A stretch of DNA of 64,000 bases from Hydrogenophaga sp. (GTDB taxonomy: Bacteria > Pseudomonadota > Gammaproteobacteria > Burkholderiales > Burkholderiaceae_C): positions 702 through 64,701 of the forward strand of contig JAABQG010000015.1 in NCBI GenBank assembly GCA_011391595.1, in the 5' to 3' direction. The position numbers were made by a program, and so were the translations under genes. Shown here one piece after another: positions 33,389 through 46,301 of this stretch (the stretch's first letter is position 1; every line of letters begins with the position of its first letter). The notes beneath the pieces were generated by a model. That model did not search any database, had not been told where the DNA came from, and worked only from the letters and a program-made list of their open reading frames with translations.

Positions 33389-33499
33389 GCAATCATTGTC
33401 CCTGAATTTACCGGTGCCACCGTAGCGGCGTCGGCGTCCATCGACCTCCCCGCCTACAATTTGCCCTGCGCCCGCCCGGGCCCAACACGGCTACCCCGA

Positions 33500-34642
<1,143 letters not shown>

Positions 34643-34645
34643 CTG

Positions 34646-34688
34646 ATTGCTACGAATCATGTAGCAAGCAGCGTCCGATTGACGCTGG
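34646..34688 (+). repeat. dispersed GTAG two-hairpin repeat (REP-like), best-preserved copy
   Basis: aTTGCTACgaatcatGTAGCAAgCAGCGTCcgattGACGCTGg: two perfect 7-bp stems. Lies between the convergent protease and tatC genes. Confidence 0.65.
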
Positions 34689-34716
34689 AATAGCCTGTTT
34701 TTAATGCGCTATCGGC

Positions 34717-35511
34717 TCAGGAGGGCTCCGTGCCGGCTTCAGCGTCAGGCGCCCGGGTGTGCTTGTTGACAATCTGCGCGGCCCAGATGCCCAGTTCATA
34801 CAGCAGGCACATCGGAATGGCCAAGGCCAGTTGTGACACCACATCGGGCGGCGTCACGATCGCGGCGATGATGAACGCCAGCACCACGAAATAGCCGCGA
34901 AAGTCCTTCAGCTTCTGAACCGTCACGATGCCCATTCGCGCCAGGATGACGACGACGACCGGCACTTCGAACGCGAGTCCGAACGCGAAGAACATGGTCA
35001 GCACAAAGCTCAGGTAAGCCTCGATATCCGGGGCCGCCGTGATGCTTTTCGGCGCAAACCCCTGAATGAACTTGAACACCTGGCCGAACACGAAGAAGTA
35101 GCTGAAAGCCACGCCCACAAAGAACAGCAGCGTGCTGGAGACCACCAGCGGAAACACCAGCTTTTTCTCATGCGAATACAGGCCCGGTGCCACGAAAGCC
35201 CAAGCCTGGTACAGCACCACGGGCAGCGCCAGCATAAATGCTGTCATCAGCAGGATCTTCAGCGGCACCATGAAAGGGGAAATCACCGACGTGGCAATCA
35301 GGGTGGCGCCGGAGGGCAGTGTCGAAATCAGCGGCGCGGCCAGCAGGTCATAGAGCGGGCCGGGCCCCGGAAAAACAGAGAGGGCAACCGCAGCGACAGC
35401 AATGGCGATGATGATCTTGACCAACCGGTCGCGCAACTCCACAAGGTGCTGCACGAAAGGTTGCTCGGTCCCGGCGAGTTCGTCTTCAGGTTTTTTCTGG
35501 GGGTCTGACAT
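34717..35511 (-). CDS. tatC: twin-arginine translocase subunit TatC
   Basis: 264 aa; 6-TM TatC; FVQHLVELRDRL. Confidence 0.95.
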   Translation of the reverse strand: MSDPQKKPEDELAGTEQPFVQHLVELRDRLVKIIIAIAVAAVALSVFPGPGPLYDLLAAPLISTLPSGATLIATSVISPFMVPLKILLMTAFMLALPVVLYQAWAFVAPGLYSHEKKLVFPLVVSSTLLFFVGVAFSYFFVFGQVFKFIQGFAPKSITAAPDIEAYLSFVLTMFFAFGLAFEVPVVVVILARMGIVTVQKLKDFRGYFVVLAFIIAAIVTPPDVVSQLALAIPMCLLYELGIWAAQIVNKHTRAPDAEAGTEPS

Positions 35512-35571
35512 GTTGGAGGTGATGGAGCCTGACCCTGCCGGGCTGTGGGGCCCGCCGGCCGGCTGGGCGTC

Positions 35572-36039
35572 CTAGTTGAATTTCTGCGGGCGATAGCGCG
35601 CCACGCGTGCCGCTCCGGAAAGAGCCTTGGTACGAACCCCGGCCCGCGCCTTGTACCACTGGGGCGTGGCGCCTTGCTTGAGGCGCCATTTCTTCTTGGG
35701 GTGTTTGTATGCGGGCAGCGGCGGCTCCCAAGTCGAGCCCAGGCTGTTCGAATTCAATCCATCGGTCGTTTCGGACCACTGCTTTTCGAAATCGGCCGCG
35801 CCGGTCTGGATGGTCTGCTCGACGTCACGTGCAGCCCCTTCCATGGTCTCCTTCATCTTCTTGAGCTCGTCGAGCTCCATGGAGCGGTTGACCTCGGCCT
35901 TCACATCCGCCACATAGCGCTGCGCCTTGCCCAGCAGCGTGCCCACGGTTCGAGCCACTCGGGGCAATTTCTCCGGGCCGATCACGATCAGCGCCACCGC
36001 GCCGATCAGCGCGATCTTGGAGATGGCGAGATCAATCAC
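35572..36039 (-). CDS. tatB: twin-arginine translocase subunit TatB
   Basis: 155 aa; [26 protein letters not shown]. Confidence 0.92.
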   Translation of the reverse strand: MIDLAISKIALIGAVALIVIGPEKLPRVARTVGTLLGKAQRYVADVKAEVNRSMELDELKKMKETMEGAARDVEQTIQTGAADFEKQWSETTDGLNSNSLGSTWEPPLPAYKHPKKKWRLKQGATPQWYKARAGVRTKALSGAARVARYRPQKFN

Positions 36040-36064
36040 GTGCGCTCAATCAACACGCGGCAGA

Positions 36065-36310
36065 TCACGATTTGGTCTTGGCTTCAACATCGATGGTGTT
36101 TTTCTCGGCGGCTGCCGCACCACTGACCTGATTGGCGACCGGCGTGGCGGGCTTTTCCTCAGGGGCCGCGCCGCCGTCCTTCATGCCGTCCTTGAAGCCC
36201 TTGACGGCGCCGCCCAGATCAGTGCCCATGTTCTTGAGCTTCTTGGTGCCAAACACCAACACCACGATCAACAGAACGACGAGCCAGTGCCAGATTGAAA
36301 ATGAACCCAT
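36065..36310 (-). CDS. tatA: twin-arginine translocase subunit TatA
   Basis: 81 aa; [25 protein letters not shown]. Confidence 0.95.
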   Translation of the reverse strand: MGSFSIWHWLVVLLIVVLVFGTKKLKNMGTDLGGAVKGFKDGMKDGGAAPEEKPATPVANQVSGAAAAEKNTIDVEAKTKS

Positions 36311-36377
36311 GAATAACTCCTAACGAAGATAGACGATTTTAATCCGCTGGAACAACTTCCCCGCCAGCGCGGGAGAT

Positions 36378-36758
36378 TCAACCCTTCAGCCAAGGCCGCG
36401 GGCCACCCAGCACGTGCATGTGCAGATGATGCACTTCCTGCCCGCCCTGCGCCCCCGTGTTCACCACCAGGCGGAATCCACCCTCGGGGTAAGCCCGGCA
36501 ACCCTGCTCCAGCGCCAGCTTCGGGGCCAGCGCCATCATCCGCCCCAGCAAGCCAGCATGTTCCGGCCCGGCATGGGCCAGCGACACCAGATGCAGCTTC
36601 GGCACCATCAGGAAATGCACGGGCGCCCAAGGGTGAATGTCATGAAAAACGAACAGCTCGTCGTCTTCATGGACCTTTTTGGAGGGGATTTCCCCCGCGA
36701 TGATCTTGCAGAAGATGCAGTGCGGGTCGCGTTCGGCGGTTTGTAACGTCTCGGGCAC
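36378..36758 (-). CDS. HIT family (histidine triad nucleotide-binding) protein
   Basis: 126 aa; HIT motif HHLHMHVLGG. Confidence 0.9.
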   Translation of the reverse strand: MPETLQTAERDPHCIFCKIIAGEIPSKKVHEDDELFVFHDIHPWAPVHFLMVPKLHLVSLAHAGPEHAGLLGRMMALAPKLALEQGCRAYPEGGFRLVVNTGAQGGQEVHHLHMHVLGGPRPWLKG

Positions 36759-36761
36759 GGC

Positions 36762-37124
36762 TCAGGACTCCATGGGCAAGTCTTTGTTCATGCGAACCAT
36801 GCCGTTGACGATGCGGTACAGGAACCAGATCGAGATGACCGCCCACGCGATGGCGCCCGGCAGGTAAAGCAGCAGGAACAGCGGAAAAGTCAAAACGTAC
36901 AGCACGCCGGCCCAGAGCACGGTGCGGATGCGGTAACTGAAGTGCGAGGCCATCCAGCTGCCTTCAGCGTCGCCTTTCTTGACCAGGTCGATCACCAGCG
37001 CCACGATCAAGAGTGCAATGCCCGCTTGGGCACCCGGCACCACAGCGCCCACTGCCACGATCAGGTGCAGAATGTAGCTGACCCAGCTGACCGTTTTCAG
37101 CGAATCAAGTTGTTCGTCGTTCAC
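36762..37124 (-). CDS. small integral membrane protein of unknown function (DUF4870-like), between hisE and the HIT gene
   Basis: 120 aa with 3 hydrophobic helices. Start overlaps the hisE stop by 4 nt. Family name is from memory. Confidence 0.6.
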   Translation of the reverse strand: MNDEQLDSLKTVSWVSYILHLIVAVGAVVPGAQAGIALLIVALVIDLVKKGDAEGSWMASHFSYRIRTVLWAGVLYVLTFPLFLLLYLPGAIAWAVISIWFLYRIVNGMVRMNKDLPMES

Positions 37125-37510
37125 TCCAGACCCTCCCGCGCCTTGGCCTTGCGCAAGGCCTTTTCCTCGATGCCACTGGTGCCTTCGCGACGCTCCAGCT
37201 CGGCCACCACGTCAGCAGGCGTCAGCCCGTAATGGGCCAGCGCGATCATGGAGTGAAACCACAGATCGGCCACTTCACCGACGATCCTGGTCTTGTCCGC
37301 GCCGTGGTCCGCATCCTTGGCGGCCATGACCACCTCGGTGGCTTCCTCGCCAATCTTTTTCAGGAAGGCGTCCGGGCCCTTGTGCAGCAGGCGGGCGACA
37401 TAGCTTTTTTCCGGATCGCCACCATTGGCGACCTTGCGGCTCTCGATGACCGCGGCCAGCCGTGCCAGCGCGTCTTCGGCATTTCGTGCCATTGAATCTT
37501 GGGGGGACAT
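37121..37510 (-). CDS. hisE: phosphoribosyl-ATP pyrophosphatase
   Basis: 129 aa; [31 protein letters not shown]. Confidence 0.92.
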   Translation of the reverse strand: MSPQDSMARNAEDALARLAAVIESRKVANGGDPEKSYVARLLHKGPDAFLKKIGEEATEVVMAAKDADHGADKTRIVGEVADLWFHSMIALAHYGLTPADVVAELERREGTSGIEEKALRKAKAREGLE

Positions 37511-37515
37511 GGAGG

Positions 37516-37905
37516 CTATCTGTAGATGGATTCAGGGTCTTTCAATACCGGCTCGGTGACTTTCCAGCCCCCATCGTCATACCGTTGGAAGAAACAGCTG
37601 TGGCGGCCGGTATGGCAGGCGATGCCGGGATCATGCCCGAGCTGGGTGACCTTGAGCAGCACCACGTCGTTGTCGCAGTCCAGCCGGATGTCGTGCACCG
37701 TTTGCATGTGGCCGGATTCCTCGCCCTTGTACCAGAGCCTGCCGCGTGAGCGGCTGAAATACACGGCCCGGCCAAGTTCGGCGGTCTTCTGCAACGCCTC
37801 GCGGTTCATCCAGGCAAACATCAGCACATCGCCCGTGGCAGCTTCCTGCGCAATGACGGGGACCAGCCCCTGGGCGTCCCATTTCACATCGTCGAGCCAT
37901 TTCAT
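37516..37905 (-). CDS. hisI: phosphoribosyl-AMP cyclohydrolase
   Basis: ATG 37905 ([21 protein letters not shown]) chosen; TTG 37938 is an alternative start. C-terminal CHTGRHSCF zinc site. Confidence 0.9.
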   Translation of the reverse strand: MKWLDDVKWDAQGLVPVIAQEAATGDVLMFAWMNREALQKTAELGRAVYFSRSRGRLWYKGEESGHMQTVHDIRLDCDNDVVLLKVTQLGHDPGIACHTGRHSCFFQRYDDGGWKVTEPVLKDPESIYR

Positions 37906-37943
37906 GGAGGAATTGTCAATGATTTCAGGGCACTTCAATTTTG

Positions 37944-37982
37944 AGAGCTGATTGTGTCCATCTGGCGCTGGGTAAGCGCCAG
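37944..37982 (+). repeat. GTAG-repeat family copy with 8-bp hairpin in the hisF-hisI intercistronic gap
   Basis: agagctgattgtgtccatCTGGCGCTgggtaAGCGCCAG. 21/26 identity to the 3' half of the 11010 copy (agctg.ttg.gtccat..g.cgctgg). Confidence 0.5.
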
Positions 37983-37989
37983 AATCGCC

Positions 37990-38769
37990 TTAAATCCGCA
38001 CCGGAATCCCGCGTTCGGCCATGCGCGCCTTGGCCTGGGCCACCGTGAACTCGCCATAGTGAAAGATGCTGGCCGCCAGCACTGCGTCCGCGCCACCGGT
38101 CTGGATGCCATCGGCCAGATGGTCCAGCGTGCCCACGCCCCCTGAGGCAATCACCGGCACGCTGATGGCGTCGCTCACCGCGCGCGTGAGTTCGAGGTCG
38201 AATCCCGCCTTGGTGCCGTCGCGGTCCATGCTGGTCAGCAGGATCTCGCCGGCGCCGTGTTCAGCCATCTGCCGGGCCCAAGCCACCGCATCCAGGCCGG
38301 TGTTCTTGCGCCCGCCGTGGCTGTAGACGTCCCAGCCTTCGCCGCGGTCGAGCATGTCGTCGCCAAAGCGGCGCTTGGCGTCGATGGCCACCACGATGCA
38401 TTGGGCACCGTACTTGGCCGAGGCGTCGCGGATCACCTGTGGATTCGCGATGGCCGCCGAATTGAAGCTGGTCTTGTCGGCGCCGGCATTGAGCAGGCGG
38501 CGCACGTCCTCGACGCTGCGCACCCCGCCGCCCACAGTCAATGGAATGAACACCTGGCTGGCCACGGCCTCAATGATGTGCAGGATCAGGTCGCGACCGT
38601 CGCTGGTGGCGGTGATGTCGAGAAAGGTGAGTTCATCAGCGCCCTGGTCGTTGTAGCGTGCAGCGATCTCCACCGGGTCGCCCGCGTCACGCAACTCGAC
38701 GAAATTGACACCCTTGACCACGCGGCCCCCGGTCACGTCAAGGCAAGGAATGATTCGTTTGGCAAGCAT
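37990..38769 (-). CDS. hisF: imidazole glycerol phosphate synthase cyclase subunit
   Basis: 259 aa; [23 protein letters not shown]. Confidence 0.97.
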   Translation of the reverse strand: MLAKRIIPCLDVTGGRVVKGVNFVELRDAGDPVEIAARYNDQGADELTFLDITATSDGRDLILHIIEAVASQVFIPLTVGGGVRSVEDVRRLLNAGADKTSFNSAAIANPQVIRDASAKYGAQCIVVAIDAKRRFGDDMLDRGEGWDVYSHGGRKNTGLDAVAWARQMAEHGAGEILLTSMDRDGTKAGFDLELTRAVSDAISVPVIASGGVGTLDHLADGIQTGGADAVLAASIFHYGEFTVAQAKARMAERGIPVRI

Positions 38770-38778
38770 GGCGGGATT

Positions 38779-38811
38779 GTAGGTTGCCGGCAGCGGCAGA
38801 CATCCCGCTGG
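38779..38811 (+). repeat. GTAG + hairpin element (REP-like) in the gap between the mutarotase-like gene and hisF
   Basis: GTAGGttgccggCAGCGGcagacatcCCGCTGG: GTAG, spacer, then a 6-bp hairpin ending CGCTGG as in the dispersed family. Confidence 0.4.
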
Positions 38812-38832
38812 ATCGGGGTGTGGCGCCCGATG

Positions 38833-39786
38833 TCAAAGCACGGTGAAGTGCTGCCAACCCGCCCAGGTATCGCCCGGCCTGACTTCGATCGGCGTCATCA
38901 CCTGGGCCGCCTCGACGCACAACATCCGGGCAAAGCCGTTGGCGGGCATGTCGGTCAGCCGGCCGCACAGCGCTGCGCCGGGATTCCAGACCACAGTGTC
39001 GGCGAAGCTGGCGCTTTGTGTGATCTGCAGGCGGTGCGTGCCGGCGTGCAAGGTCAATGGCGTCGACCTGGTGCCATAGACCCGGTCGAACTCGCCGTTG
39101 AAACGGATTTCGCCGCTGACCTCGCCGATTTGATCGGTCAGGGCGTCCCAGCCCGATTGACCCTGCAGGCCGCCGAGCCGCGTGGCCGCGATGTCGTCCA
39201 CGGCCAGGTAGCTGTGCAGCGCGCCGGTGAAAAGCAGCGGCTTGTCATCGGCGTTGCATGCCTGCAGCTTGATCTGCAGGCTGCCGGGCTCAAGCTGCAC
39301 GGTCAGTGTGGCCTCGAAGGAATGGGGCCAGAGGGCGCGGGTGAATTCACTGTCGTGAAGGCGCAGGCTGAGATGGGCAATGTCGCCTGAACCGGCAGCG
39401 GCGGTCTGGTTTGCGCCGTCGGGGACGCTGCCGCGCGCTGGCACCTGGGACCACCGCAGGTTTCGCGCAAAACCGTGCTTGGGCAACGGGCCTCGCTGGT
39501 TGAACTGGGGGAAACACACCGGCACACCGCCGCGAATGGCCGACCGGCCGTCAAACACCGCCTTGGGACTGAGGTAAAGGCGCTCCCGTCCGGCGGACAC
39601 CCAGGACATCACGTGCGCGCCATACAACGCAACGGTGACCGCATCGCCGCAGGGCAACCGCAGGTGGAGGCAGGGCTGGCCCTGAAACAGACGGTTTTCC
39701 AGGCAAGGGGCCGCAAGGGCCGGCCGGGAACTGACAGTGCGCGTTGGCGGCAGCGCTGATGGCGCTGGCGCTGTGCGCTCAGCCAT
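38833..39786 (-). CDS. D-hexose-6-phosphate mutarotase-like protein (aldose 1-epimerase superfamily, YeaD-like)
   Basis: 317 aa; [14 protein letters not shown] motif and overall beta-sandwich epimerase pattern. ATG overlaps the hisA stop by 8 nt. Confidence 0.8.
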   Translation of the reverse strand: MAERTAPAPSALPPTRTVSSRPALAAPCLENRLFQGQPCLHLRLPCGDAVTVALYGAHVMSWVSAGRERLYLSPKAVFDGRSAIRGGVPVCFPQFNQRGPLPKHGFARNLRWSQVPARGSVPDGANQTAAAGSGDIAHLSLRLHDSEFTRALWPHSFEATLTVQLEPGSLQIKLQACNADDKPLLFTGALHSYLAVDDIAATRLGGLQGQSGWDALTDQIGEVSGEIRFNGEFDRVYGTRSTPLTLHAGTHRLQITQSASFADTVVWNPGAALCGRLTDMPANGFARMLCVEAAQVMTPIEVRPGDTWAGWQHFTVL

Positions 39787-40546
39787 TCAGTTCGTCAGCG
39801 CGTCGCTGGGCCAGCGCGAAGTCCAGATCACCCGAGTAGATTGCGCGGCCGCAGATCACGCCCTCGACGCCCTCGGGTTCCACCGCACAAAGCTGGTCGA
39901 TGTCGTCCATGGTGGACAAGCCGCCAGACGCAATCACGGGAATCGTCAGCGCCTGCGCCAGCCGGACCGTGGCCTCGACGTTGATGCCCGAGAGCATGCC
40001 GTCACGGCCGATGTCGGTGTAGATGATGGATTCGACGCCCCAGTCCTCGAACTTGCGCGCCAGGTCCACCACCTCGTGACGGGTGAGCTTGCTCCAGCCG
40101 TCGGTAGCCACCTTGCCGTCTTTGGCATCGAGGCCGACGATGATGTGCCCGCCGAACGCGGTGCAGGCATCCTTCAGGAAACCCGGGTTCTTCACCGCGG
40201 CAGTGCCGATGATCACGTAGCGCAGGCCGCCGTCGATGTATTTTTCGATGGTGTCGAGGTCGCGGATGCCGCCGCCGAGCTGCACCGGGATGTCGTCGCC
40301 GACGGCCTTGAGGATCGACTTGATCGCGGCGTAGTTCTGCGGCTTGCCGGCGAAGGCGCCGTTCAGGTCCACCAGATGCAAGCGCCGCGCGCCCTGCTCC
40401 ACCCACTTCAGCGCCATCGCCGCCGGGTCCTCACCAAAGGTGGTGGACTGGTCCATGTCGCCTTGTTTGAGGCGCACGCAGTGGCCGTCTTTGAGATCAA
40501 TCGCGGGAATCAAGATCATGTCAGTGGGGCATGACGCCGTGAACAA
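39779..40546 (-). CDS. hisA: ProFAR isomerase
   Basis: 255 aa; [19 protein letters not shown]. Confidence 0.96.
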   Translation of the reverse strand: MFTASCPTDMILIPAIDLKDGHCVRLKQGDMDQSTTFGEDPAAMALKWVEQGARRLHLVDLNGAFAGKPQNYAAIKSILKAVGDDIPVQLGGGIRDLDTIEKYIDGGLRYVIIGTAAVKNPGFLKDACTAFGGHIIVGLDAKDGKVATDGWSKLTRHEVVDLARKFEDWGVESIIYTDIGRDGMLSGINVEATVRLAQALTIPVIASGGLSTMDDIDQLCAVEPEGVEGVICGRAIYSGDLDFALAQRRADELNG

Positions 40547-40564
40547 CGGAAAAGATGCAGGAAA

Positions 40565-41227
40565 TCAGGGATTCCAGTGCAGGAAATTGCGATACAGGGC
40601 CAAGCCCTGCCTGGCGCTTTTTTCAGGATGAAACTGGGTCGCGAAAATATTATCGCGCGCAATCGCGGCAGCAAAGCGGCCACCATAGTCCGCCTCGCCC
40701 ACACTGTGGCGCGCATCTGACGGATGCGCATAGAAACTGTGCACGAAATAGAACCAGCTGGCGTCAGGCACTTCCCCCCAGACGGGATGGCGGCCCGGGT
40801 GCTTCTGGAACGCCTGGTTCCATCCCATCTGGGGCACTTTGTAGCGGCTGCCGTCCGGCTGGATTTGCCCCGCCAGCTCAAACTTGAGAACCTCGCCGGG
40901 GATCAGCCCCAGTCCCGGTGTGTTTCCTTCCGCACTGTGGTCCAGCAGCATCTGCATCCCCACGCACACGCCAAACAGGGGTTTCTTCGCGGCCGCGTCG
41001 AGGACCGACGCCAGAAGGCCCGACTCACGCAGTTCGCGCATGCAATCCGGCATGGCGCCCTGCCCCGGCAGGACGACACGGTCAGCGTCGAGCACCTGTT
41101 GCGGGCTGGACGTGATGACCACGTTGACGCCTGTATCCAGCGCAGCATGGATCACCGCCTGAGCCACCGAACGCAGGTTGCCCATCCCATAGTCGACGAC
41201 AGCCACCGTGTTCACTATTCTATTCAT
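40565..41227 (-). CDS. hisH: imidazole glycerol phosphate synthase glutaminase subunit
   Basis: 220 aa; class I GATase; catalytic Cys in LFGVCVGMQ. Confidence 0.96.
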   Translation of the reverse strand: MNRIVNTVAVVDYGMGNLRSVAQAVIHAALDTGVNVVITSSPQQVLDADRVVLPGQGAMPDCMRELRESGLLASVLDAAAKKPLFGVCVGMQMLLDHSAEGNTPGLGLIPGEVLKFELAGQIQPDGSRYKVPQMGWNQAFQKHPGRHPVWGEVPDASWFYFVHSFYAHPSDARHSVGEADYGGRFAAAIARDNIFATQFHPEKSARQGLALYRNFLHWNP

Positions 41228-41281
41228 AGCAAACTACTGCCTTTTCACGCTGGACTGATGCCGATTTCATTCATCAATTGG

Positions 41282-41884
41282 CTACAGGGAGCCCTTGGTG
41301 GACGGAATGGTGCCCACCGATCTCGGATCAAGCTCCAGCGCGGCACGCAAGGCTCGCGCGAAAGCCTTGAACACCGTTTCCGCCTGATGGTGGGCATTTT
41401 CGCCCTTCAGGTTGTCAATGTGCAGCGTGACGAATGCATGGTTCACGAAGCCCTGGAAGAACTCGAACGCCAGCTGGCTGTCAAAGGTGCCGATCATGCC
41501 GCTCTTGAAGGGCACGTGCATGACCAGGCCAGGGCGCCCGGAAAAATCGATCACGACCCGGCTCAGCGCCTCATCCAGCGGCACATAGGCATGGCCGTAG
41601 CGGCGAATGCCCTTTTTGTCGCCCACGGCCAGTGCCACGGCCTGGCCGAGCGAGATGCCAACGTCTTCCACGGTGTGATGGCCGTCGATATGCAAGTCAC
41701 CATCGGCCTGGATGTCCAGGTCGATCAGCCCGTGGCGCGCGATCTGGTCGAGCATGTGATCGAAAAAGCCGATGCCGGTGGACAGCCTGGACTGCCCGGT
41801 TCCGTCCAGATTCACTTTCACGGTGATCTTTGTCTCGGCCGTGTTGCGGGAGACCTCAGCGGTGCGCGGTGCGGTGGATGTCAT
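41282..41884 (-). CDS. hisB: imidazoleglycerol-phosphate dehydratase
   Basis: ATG 41884 ([20 protein letters not shown]) overlaps the hisC stop (ATGA). [10 protein letters not shown] motif. Confidence 0.95.
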   Translation of the reverse strand: MTSTAPRTAEVSRNTAETKITVKVNLDGTGQSRLSTGIGFFDHMLDQIARHGLIDLDIQADGDLHIDGHHTVEDVGISLGQAVALAVGDKKGIRRYGHAYVPLDEALSRVVIDFSGRPGLVMHVPFKSGMIGTFDSQLAFEFFQGFVNHAFVTLHIDNLKGENAHHQAETVFKAFARALRAALELDPRSVGTIPSTKGSL

Positions 41885-42990
41885 AAGGAGGCTTTCAGTG
41901 CGGCCAGCATCTGCGAATTTTCGTCGGCAGTGCCAACCGTGAGGCGCAGGCAATTGCCCAGCAGCGGATGCATTTTAGAAACGTTCTTGACCAGGACCTT
42001 GCGCTCGCGCAGGCCCGCGAAGGTTCTGGCGGCATCAGGCACCCGCACGAGGATCATGTTGGCCTCGCTCTTGAAGGCGTGGACGCCGGGCAGCTGGCAC
42101 AGCGCATCGAGCAACAGGCCGCGCTGTATGCGCAGCTCGGCTGCCTGCACAGCGAACACGTCGGCATGCTCGATCGCGAACAGCGCGCACTCGCAGTTCA
42201 GCACGCTGATGTTGTAGGGCGGGCGAACCTTGTCGATCTCGGCGATCAGCGCCTTGGGGCCCATCATGTAGCCTAGGCGCACACCAGCCAGGCCGAACTT
42301 GGACAAGGTGCGCATCAGCAGCACGTGGTGATGACGGGTGATGCGGTCGATGTAGCTCTTGCTGGCGAAGGGCTGGTAGGCCTCGTCCATCACGACCAGG
42401 CCGCCCTGCGCGCCTTGCGCCTCGATGATCCGCTCGATCACCGCGTCATCCCAGAGATTGGCTGTCGGGTTATTGGGGTAAGCCAGGTAAACGATGGAAG
42501 GTCGGTGCGTTTCGATCGCCGCCAGCATGGCCGCCTCGTCCAGCTCGAAGTCGGCAGTCAAGGGCACACCATGGAAGGCAAGACCCTGCAGTTGCGCGCT
42601 CATCGCGTACATCACAAAGCCCGGTACCGGCGCGAGGATCGACGAAGGCTTGCCGTGACTCGCTTCGCTCGGTGGCACGTCGCAGGCCATTGCGAGCAGC
42701 GAAATCAACTCGTCCGAGCCATTGCCCAGCATGATGTCGAAATCCTTCGGCATACCGGCGTAGCTCGCCAGTGCGGCGCGCAGGTCGTTCACCCGGCCGT
42801 CCGGGTAGCGGTTCAGCGCCAGCGCGCCAAGGCGTTGCCCCAGTTCGACCTGCAACGCATGCGGCAAGGCATAGGGGTTCTCCATGGCATCCAGTTTGAC
42901 CATGCCGACCGAATCCTGGATGGCGTAGGCGTGCATGGACTGCACATCCTGCCGGATCCGTTGCATGAGTTGGGGGCTGACAGCCGTCAT
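41881..42990 (-). CDS. hisC: histidinol-phosphate aminotransferase
   Basis: 369 aa class II aminotransferase; [14 protein letters not shown] (PLP lysine). Confidence 0.95.
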   Translation of the reverse strand: MTAVSPQLMQRIRQDVQSMHAYAIQDSVGMVKLDAMENPYALPHALQVELGQRLGALALNRYPDGRVNDLRAALASYAGMPKDFDIMLGNGSDELISLLAMACDVPPSEASHGKPSSILAPVPGFVMYAMSAQLQGLAFHGVPLTADFELDEAAMLAAIETHRPSIVYLAYPNNPTANLWDDAVIERIIEAQGAQGGLVVMDEAYQPFASKSYIDRITRHHHVLLMRTLSKFGLAGVRLGYMMGPKALIAEIDKVRPPYNISVLNCECALFAIEHADVFAVQAAELRIQRGLLLDALCQLPGVHAFKSEANMILVRVPDAARTFAGLRERKVLVKNVSKMHPLLGNCLRLTVGTADENSQMLAALKASL

Positions 42991-44330
42991 CTGTTCTCCC
43001 GCATCGGCGGCACCTGGGTCAGCCGCAATTCAGCGGCACGCGCGTGGGCCTGCAGGCCTTCGCCGTAAGCCAGTTCCGCTGCAATCAGGCCGAGTACCTG
43101 CGCGCCGGCTTCGCTGACTTCGATCAGGCTGCTGCGCTTCTGGAAGTCGTAAACACCCAGTGGCGAGCTGAAGCGCGCCGTGCCGGAGGTGGGCAGAACA
43201 TGGTTCGGTCCCGCACAGTAGTCCCCCAGGCTCTCGCTGGTGTAGGCCCCGAGGAAAATCGCCCCGGCGTGCCGAAGCAGCGGCTCCCAGCGGTGCGGTT
43301 CGCGGCTGGAGACCTCGAGGTGTTCGGGCGCGATACGGTTGCTGATCTCGCAGGCTTCTACCATGCTCCGGGTGTGGATCAGGGCCCCCCGATCACTGAG
43401 CGACTTGGCAATGATGGCGCGCCGCGGCATCGCAGGCAGCAGGCGGTCGATGGCGGCCTGCACCGCGTCAATGTAGGCCGCATCCGGGCACAGGAGGATG
43501 CTCTGCGCGAGTTCATCGTGCTCGGCCTGGCTGAACAGGTCCATCGCCACCCAGTCGGCGGGCGTGCTGCCGTCGGCCAGCACCAGGATTTCACTGGGGC
43601 CGGCGATCATGTCGATGCCCACGGTGCCAAACACGCGCTTCTTGGCGCTGGCCACGTAGGCGTTGCCGGGGCCGGTGATCTTGTCCACCTTAGGAATGGT
43701 GGCGGTGCCATAGGCCAGCGCGGCCACGGCCTGCGCGCCGCCCATCGTGAAGGCGCGCGTCACGCCGGCCACATAAGCGGCCGCCAGCACCAGCGCATTC
43801 TTCTCACCTCGAGGTGTGGGGACCACCATGATGATTTCACGCACGCCGGCCACGTGTGCAGGAATCGCGTTCATCAGCACGCTCGACGGATACGCCGCCT
43901 TGCCGCCGGGCACGTAGATGCCCACGCGGTCCAGCGGCGTGACTTTCTGCCCCAGAAAAGTGCCGTCTTCGTCGCGGTAGTTCCAGCTCTCGCCCGTGGC
44001 CTTCTTCTGGGCCTCGTGGTAGCCGCGCACCCGCCGGGCGGCAGCTTCGAGAGCAGCCTTTTGCGCACCGGGCAGCGAATCGAAAGCCACCTTCAGTTCA
44101 CTCTGCGTCAGCTCCAGCGCCTGCATCGATGCAGCACTCAAACCATCAAAGCGCAGGGTGTACTCCAGCACCGCCGCGTCGCCGCGCTGCCGCACGTCGG
44201 CCAGGATCTCGGCAACGCGCTGTTCGATGGCCGCATCGGCATCGGCTGACCAGTGCAACCGCGCTTCGAAATCGGCCTCGAACGTGGCATCGACGGTTGA
44301 AAGACGGACGGGGGTGGCGGTCAGGGTCAT
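42987..44330 (-). CDS. hisD: histidinol dehydrogenase
   Basis: 447 aa; [21 protein letters not shown] motifs. Confidence 0.97.
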   Translation of the reverse strand: MTLTATPVRLSTVDATFEADFEARLHWSADADAAIEQRVAEILADVRQRGDAAVLEYTLRFDGLSAASMQALELTQSELKVAFDSLPGAQKAALEAAARRVRGYHEAQKKATGESWNYRDEDGTFLGQKVTPLDRVGIYVPGGKAAYPSSVLMNAIPAHVAGVREIIMVVPTPRGEKNALVLAAAYVAGVTRAFTMGGAQAVAALAYGTATIPKVDKITGPGNAYVASAKKRVFGTVGIDMIAGPSEILVLADGSTPADWVAMDLFSQAEHDELAQSILLCPDAAYIDAVQAAIDRLLPAMPRRAIIAKSLSDRGALIHTRSMVEACEISNRIAPEHLEVSSREPHRWEPLLRHAGAIFLGAYTSESLGDYCAGPNHVLPTSGTARFSSPLGVYDFQKRSSLIEVSEAGAQVLGLIAAELAYGEGLQAHARAAELRLTQVPPMRENR

Positions 44331-44335
44331 GACAG

Positions 44336-44989
44336 TCAGGGCTTTTCGATCGCGCGGGCAAATGCATCGATGATGGCGCGAATAGGCGCCTGCTTCAGCT
44401 TGAGCGCAGCCTGGTTCACGACCAGGCGCGAACTGATGTCCATGATGCGCTCGACCTCGACCAGATGGTTGGCCTTGAGCGTGTTGCCGGTGGACACCAG
44501 GTCCACGATGGCATCGGCCAGGCCGGTCAGTGGCGCCAGCTCCATGCTGCCGTAGAGCTTGATCAAATCGACATGAACGCCCTTGGCGGCAAAGAACTCC
44601 CGTGCGATCGCCACGTACTTGGTCGCGACGCGCAGGCGTGAGCCCTGTCTGACCGCGCAGGCGTAGTCAAAGTCGGCACGCACGGCCACGCTGATACGGC
44701 ATTTCGCAATTTGCAGGTCCAGCGGCTGGTACAGGCCGTCGCTGCCATGCTCCAGCAGAGTGTCCTTGCCGGTGATGCCCAGATCGGCCCCACCGTATTG
44801 CACATACGTGGGCACATCCGTGGCGCGCACCACCAGCACGCGAATGCCAGGCTGATCGGTGTCCAGGATCAGCTTGCGGGATTTTTCCGGATCGTCCAGC
44901 ACCTCGATGCCGGCGGCCCTGAGCAGGGGCAGGGTTTCTTCGAAGATGCGGCCCTTTGAGAGCGCAATGGTGATCAATTTGCCGGTCAT
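44336..44989 (-). CDS. hisG: ATP phosphoribosyltransferase, short form
   Basis: 217 aa (short HisG lacking the C-terminal regulatory domain, implying a separate HisZ). Start overlaps the murA stop by 4 nt. Confidence 0.95.
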   Translation of the reverse strand: MTGKLITIALSKGRIFEETLPLLRAAGIEVLDDPEKSRKLILDTDQPGIRVLVVRATDVPTYVQYGGADLGITGKDTLLEHGSDGLYQPLDLQIAKCRISVAVRADFDYACAVRQGSRLRVATKYVAIAREFFAAKGVHVDLIKLYGSMELAPLTGLADAIVDLVSTGNTLKANHLVEVERIMDISSRLVVNQAALKLKQAPIRAIIDAFARAIEKP

Positions 44990-46269
44990 TTGATTCGCTC
45001 GATATCCGCGCCGATGCCGCGCAGTTTGGCTTCCATCTGGTCGTAGCCGCGGTCCAGGTGGTAGATGCGGTCCACGACCGTCTCGCCCTCGGCCACCAGT
45101 CCGGCGATCACCAGGCTGGCCGAGGCGCGCAGGTCGGTCGCCATCACGGTAGCCCCCGACAGGGCCCGCACGCCCTCGACCACCGCCACCTTGCCGTCGA
45201 TCTGGATGTGCGCTCCCAGGCGCACCAGTTCATTGACGTGCATGAAACGGTTTTCGAAAATCGTCTCGGTCACCTTGCTGACACCCTGCGCAATGCAATT
45301 GAGCGCCATGAACTGGGCCTGCATGTCCGTCGGGAAACCGGGGTACTCGGTGGTCCGGAAGCTGATGGCCTGCAGGTAGTCAAATGCCGGTGCTGCGGCC
45401 TGGACGCGAATGCCCTCTGATCCGAGGTCGGTGATGTTGACGCCGGCTTCGAGCAGTTTGTCAATGACGGCGTCCAGATGGTCGGCCCGCCCGTGGCGCA
45501 ACACGACATCGCCACCCGCGGCGGCCACCGCACAAAGGAAAGTGCCGGCCTCGATGCGGTCCGCCACCACCGCATGTTCGCAGCCGTGCAGTCTTTCAAC
45601 ACCCTGGACACGGATCCGGCTGGTGCCGTGGCCTTCGATCTTCGCGCCCATCTTGATGAGCATTTCGGCCAGGTCGGCAATTTCAGGTTCCTGGGCAGCG
45701 TTTTCCAGAACCGTTTCACCCTCGGCCAGCGATGCGGCCATCAGGAAATTTTCGGTGCCGGTCACCGTCACCATGTCGGTGGTAATGCGTGCCCCCTTGA
45801 GTCGCGTCCGGCCTTCAGGCAAACGGGCGATCATGTAGCCATGCTCGACCGTGATCTCCGCCCCCATGGCCTGCAAGCCCTTGATGTGCTGGTCCACCGG
45901 GCGAGAGCCAATCGCGCACCCCCCCGGCAGCGACACAGTCGCTTCGCCAAAGCGCGCGAGCAGGGGCCCCAGCGCCAGGACCGAAGCGCGCATGGTCTTG
46001 ACCAGTTCGTAGGGCGCCTCGGGGTTGATGGGGCTGGCGGCGTGCAGCGTCATGCCGCCGCGTTCACCGCGGGTCTGGGTCTTGACCCCCATGTTGTCCA
46101 GCAGGCGACGCATCGTGGCCACGTCCTGCAGCCGGGGCACATTGGTCAGCGTGACCGGCTCCGAAGTCAGCAGGGCGGCGCACAGCTCGGGCAGTGCGGC
46201 GTTCTTGGCGCCGGAGATCAGGACCTCGCCACGTAGCTGGCGACCCCCGCGAATGATGAGTTTGTCCAT
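44986..46269 (-). CDS. murA: UDP-N-acetylglucosamine 1-carboxyvinyltransferase
   Basis: 427 aa; active-site Cys in [16 protein letters not shown]. Confidence 0.97.
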   Translation of the reverse strand: MDKLIIRGGRQLRGEVLISGAKNAALPELCAALLTSEPVTLTNVPRLQDVATMRRLLDNMGVKTQTRGERGGMTLHAASPINPEAPYELVKTMRASVLALGPLLARFGEATVSLPGGCAIGSRPVDQHIKGLQAMGAEITVEHGYMIARLPEGRTRLKGARITTDMVTVTGTENFLMAASLAEGETVLENAAQEPEIADLAEMLIKMGAKIEGHGTSRIRVQGVERLHGCEHAVVADRIEAGTFLCAVAAAGGDVVLRHGRADHLDAVIDKLLEAGVNITDLGSEGIRVQAAAPAFDYLQAISFRTTEYPGFPTDMQAQFMALNCIAQGVSKVTETIFENRFMHVNELVRLGAHIQIDGKVAVVEGVRALSGATVMATDLRASASLVIAGLVAEGETVVDRIYHLDRGYDQMEAKLRGIGADIERIK

Positions 46270-46301
46270 GAAACGTCAGGTGTTGGGCAGATCAGCTGAA
46301 A

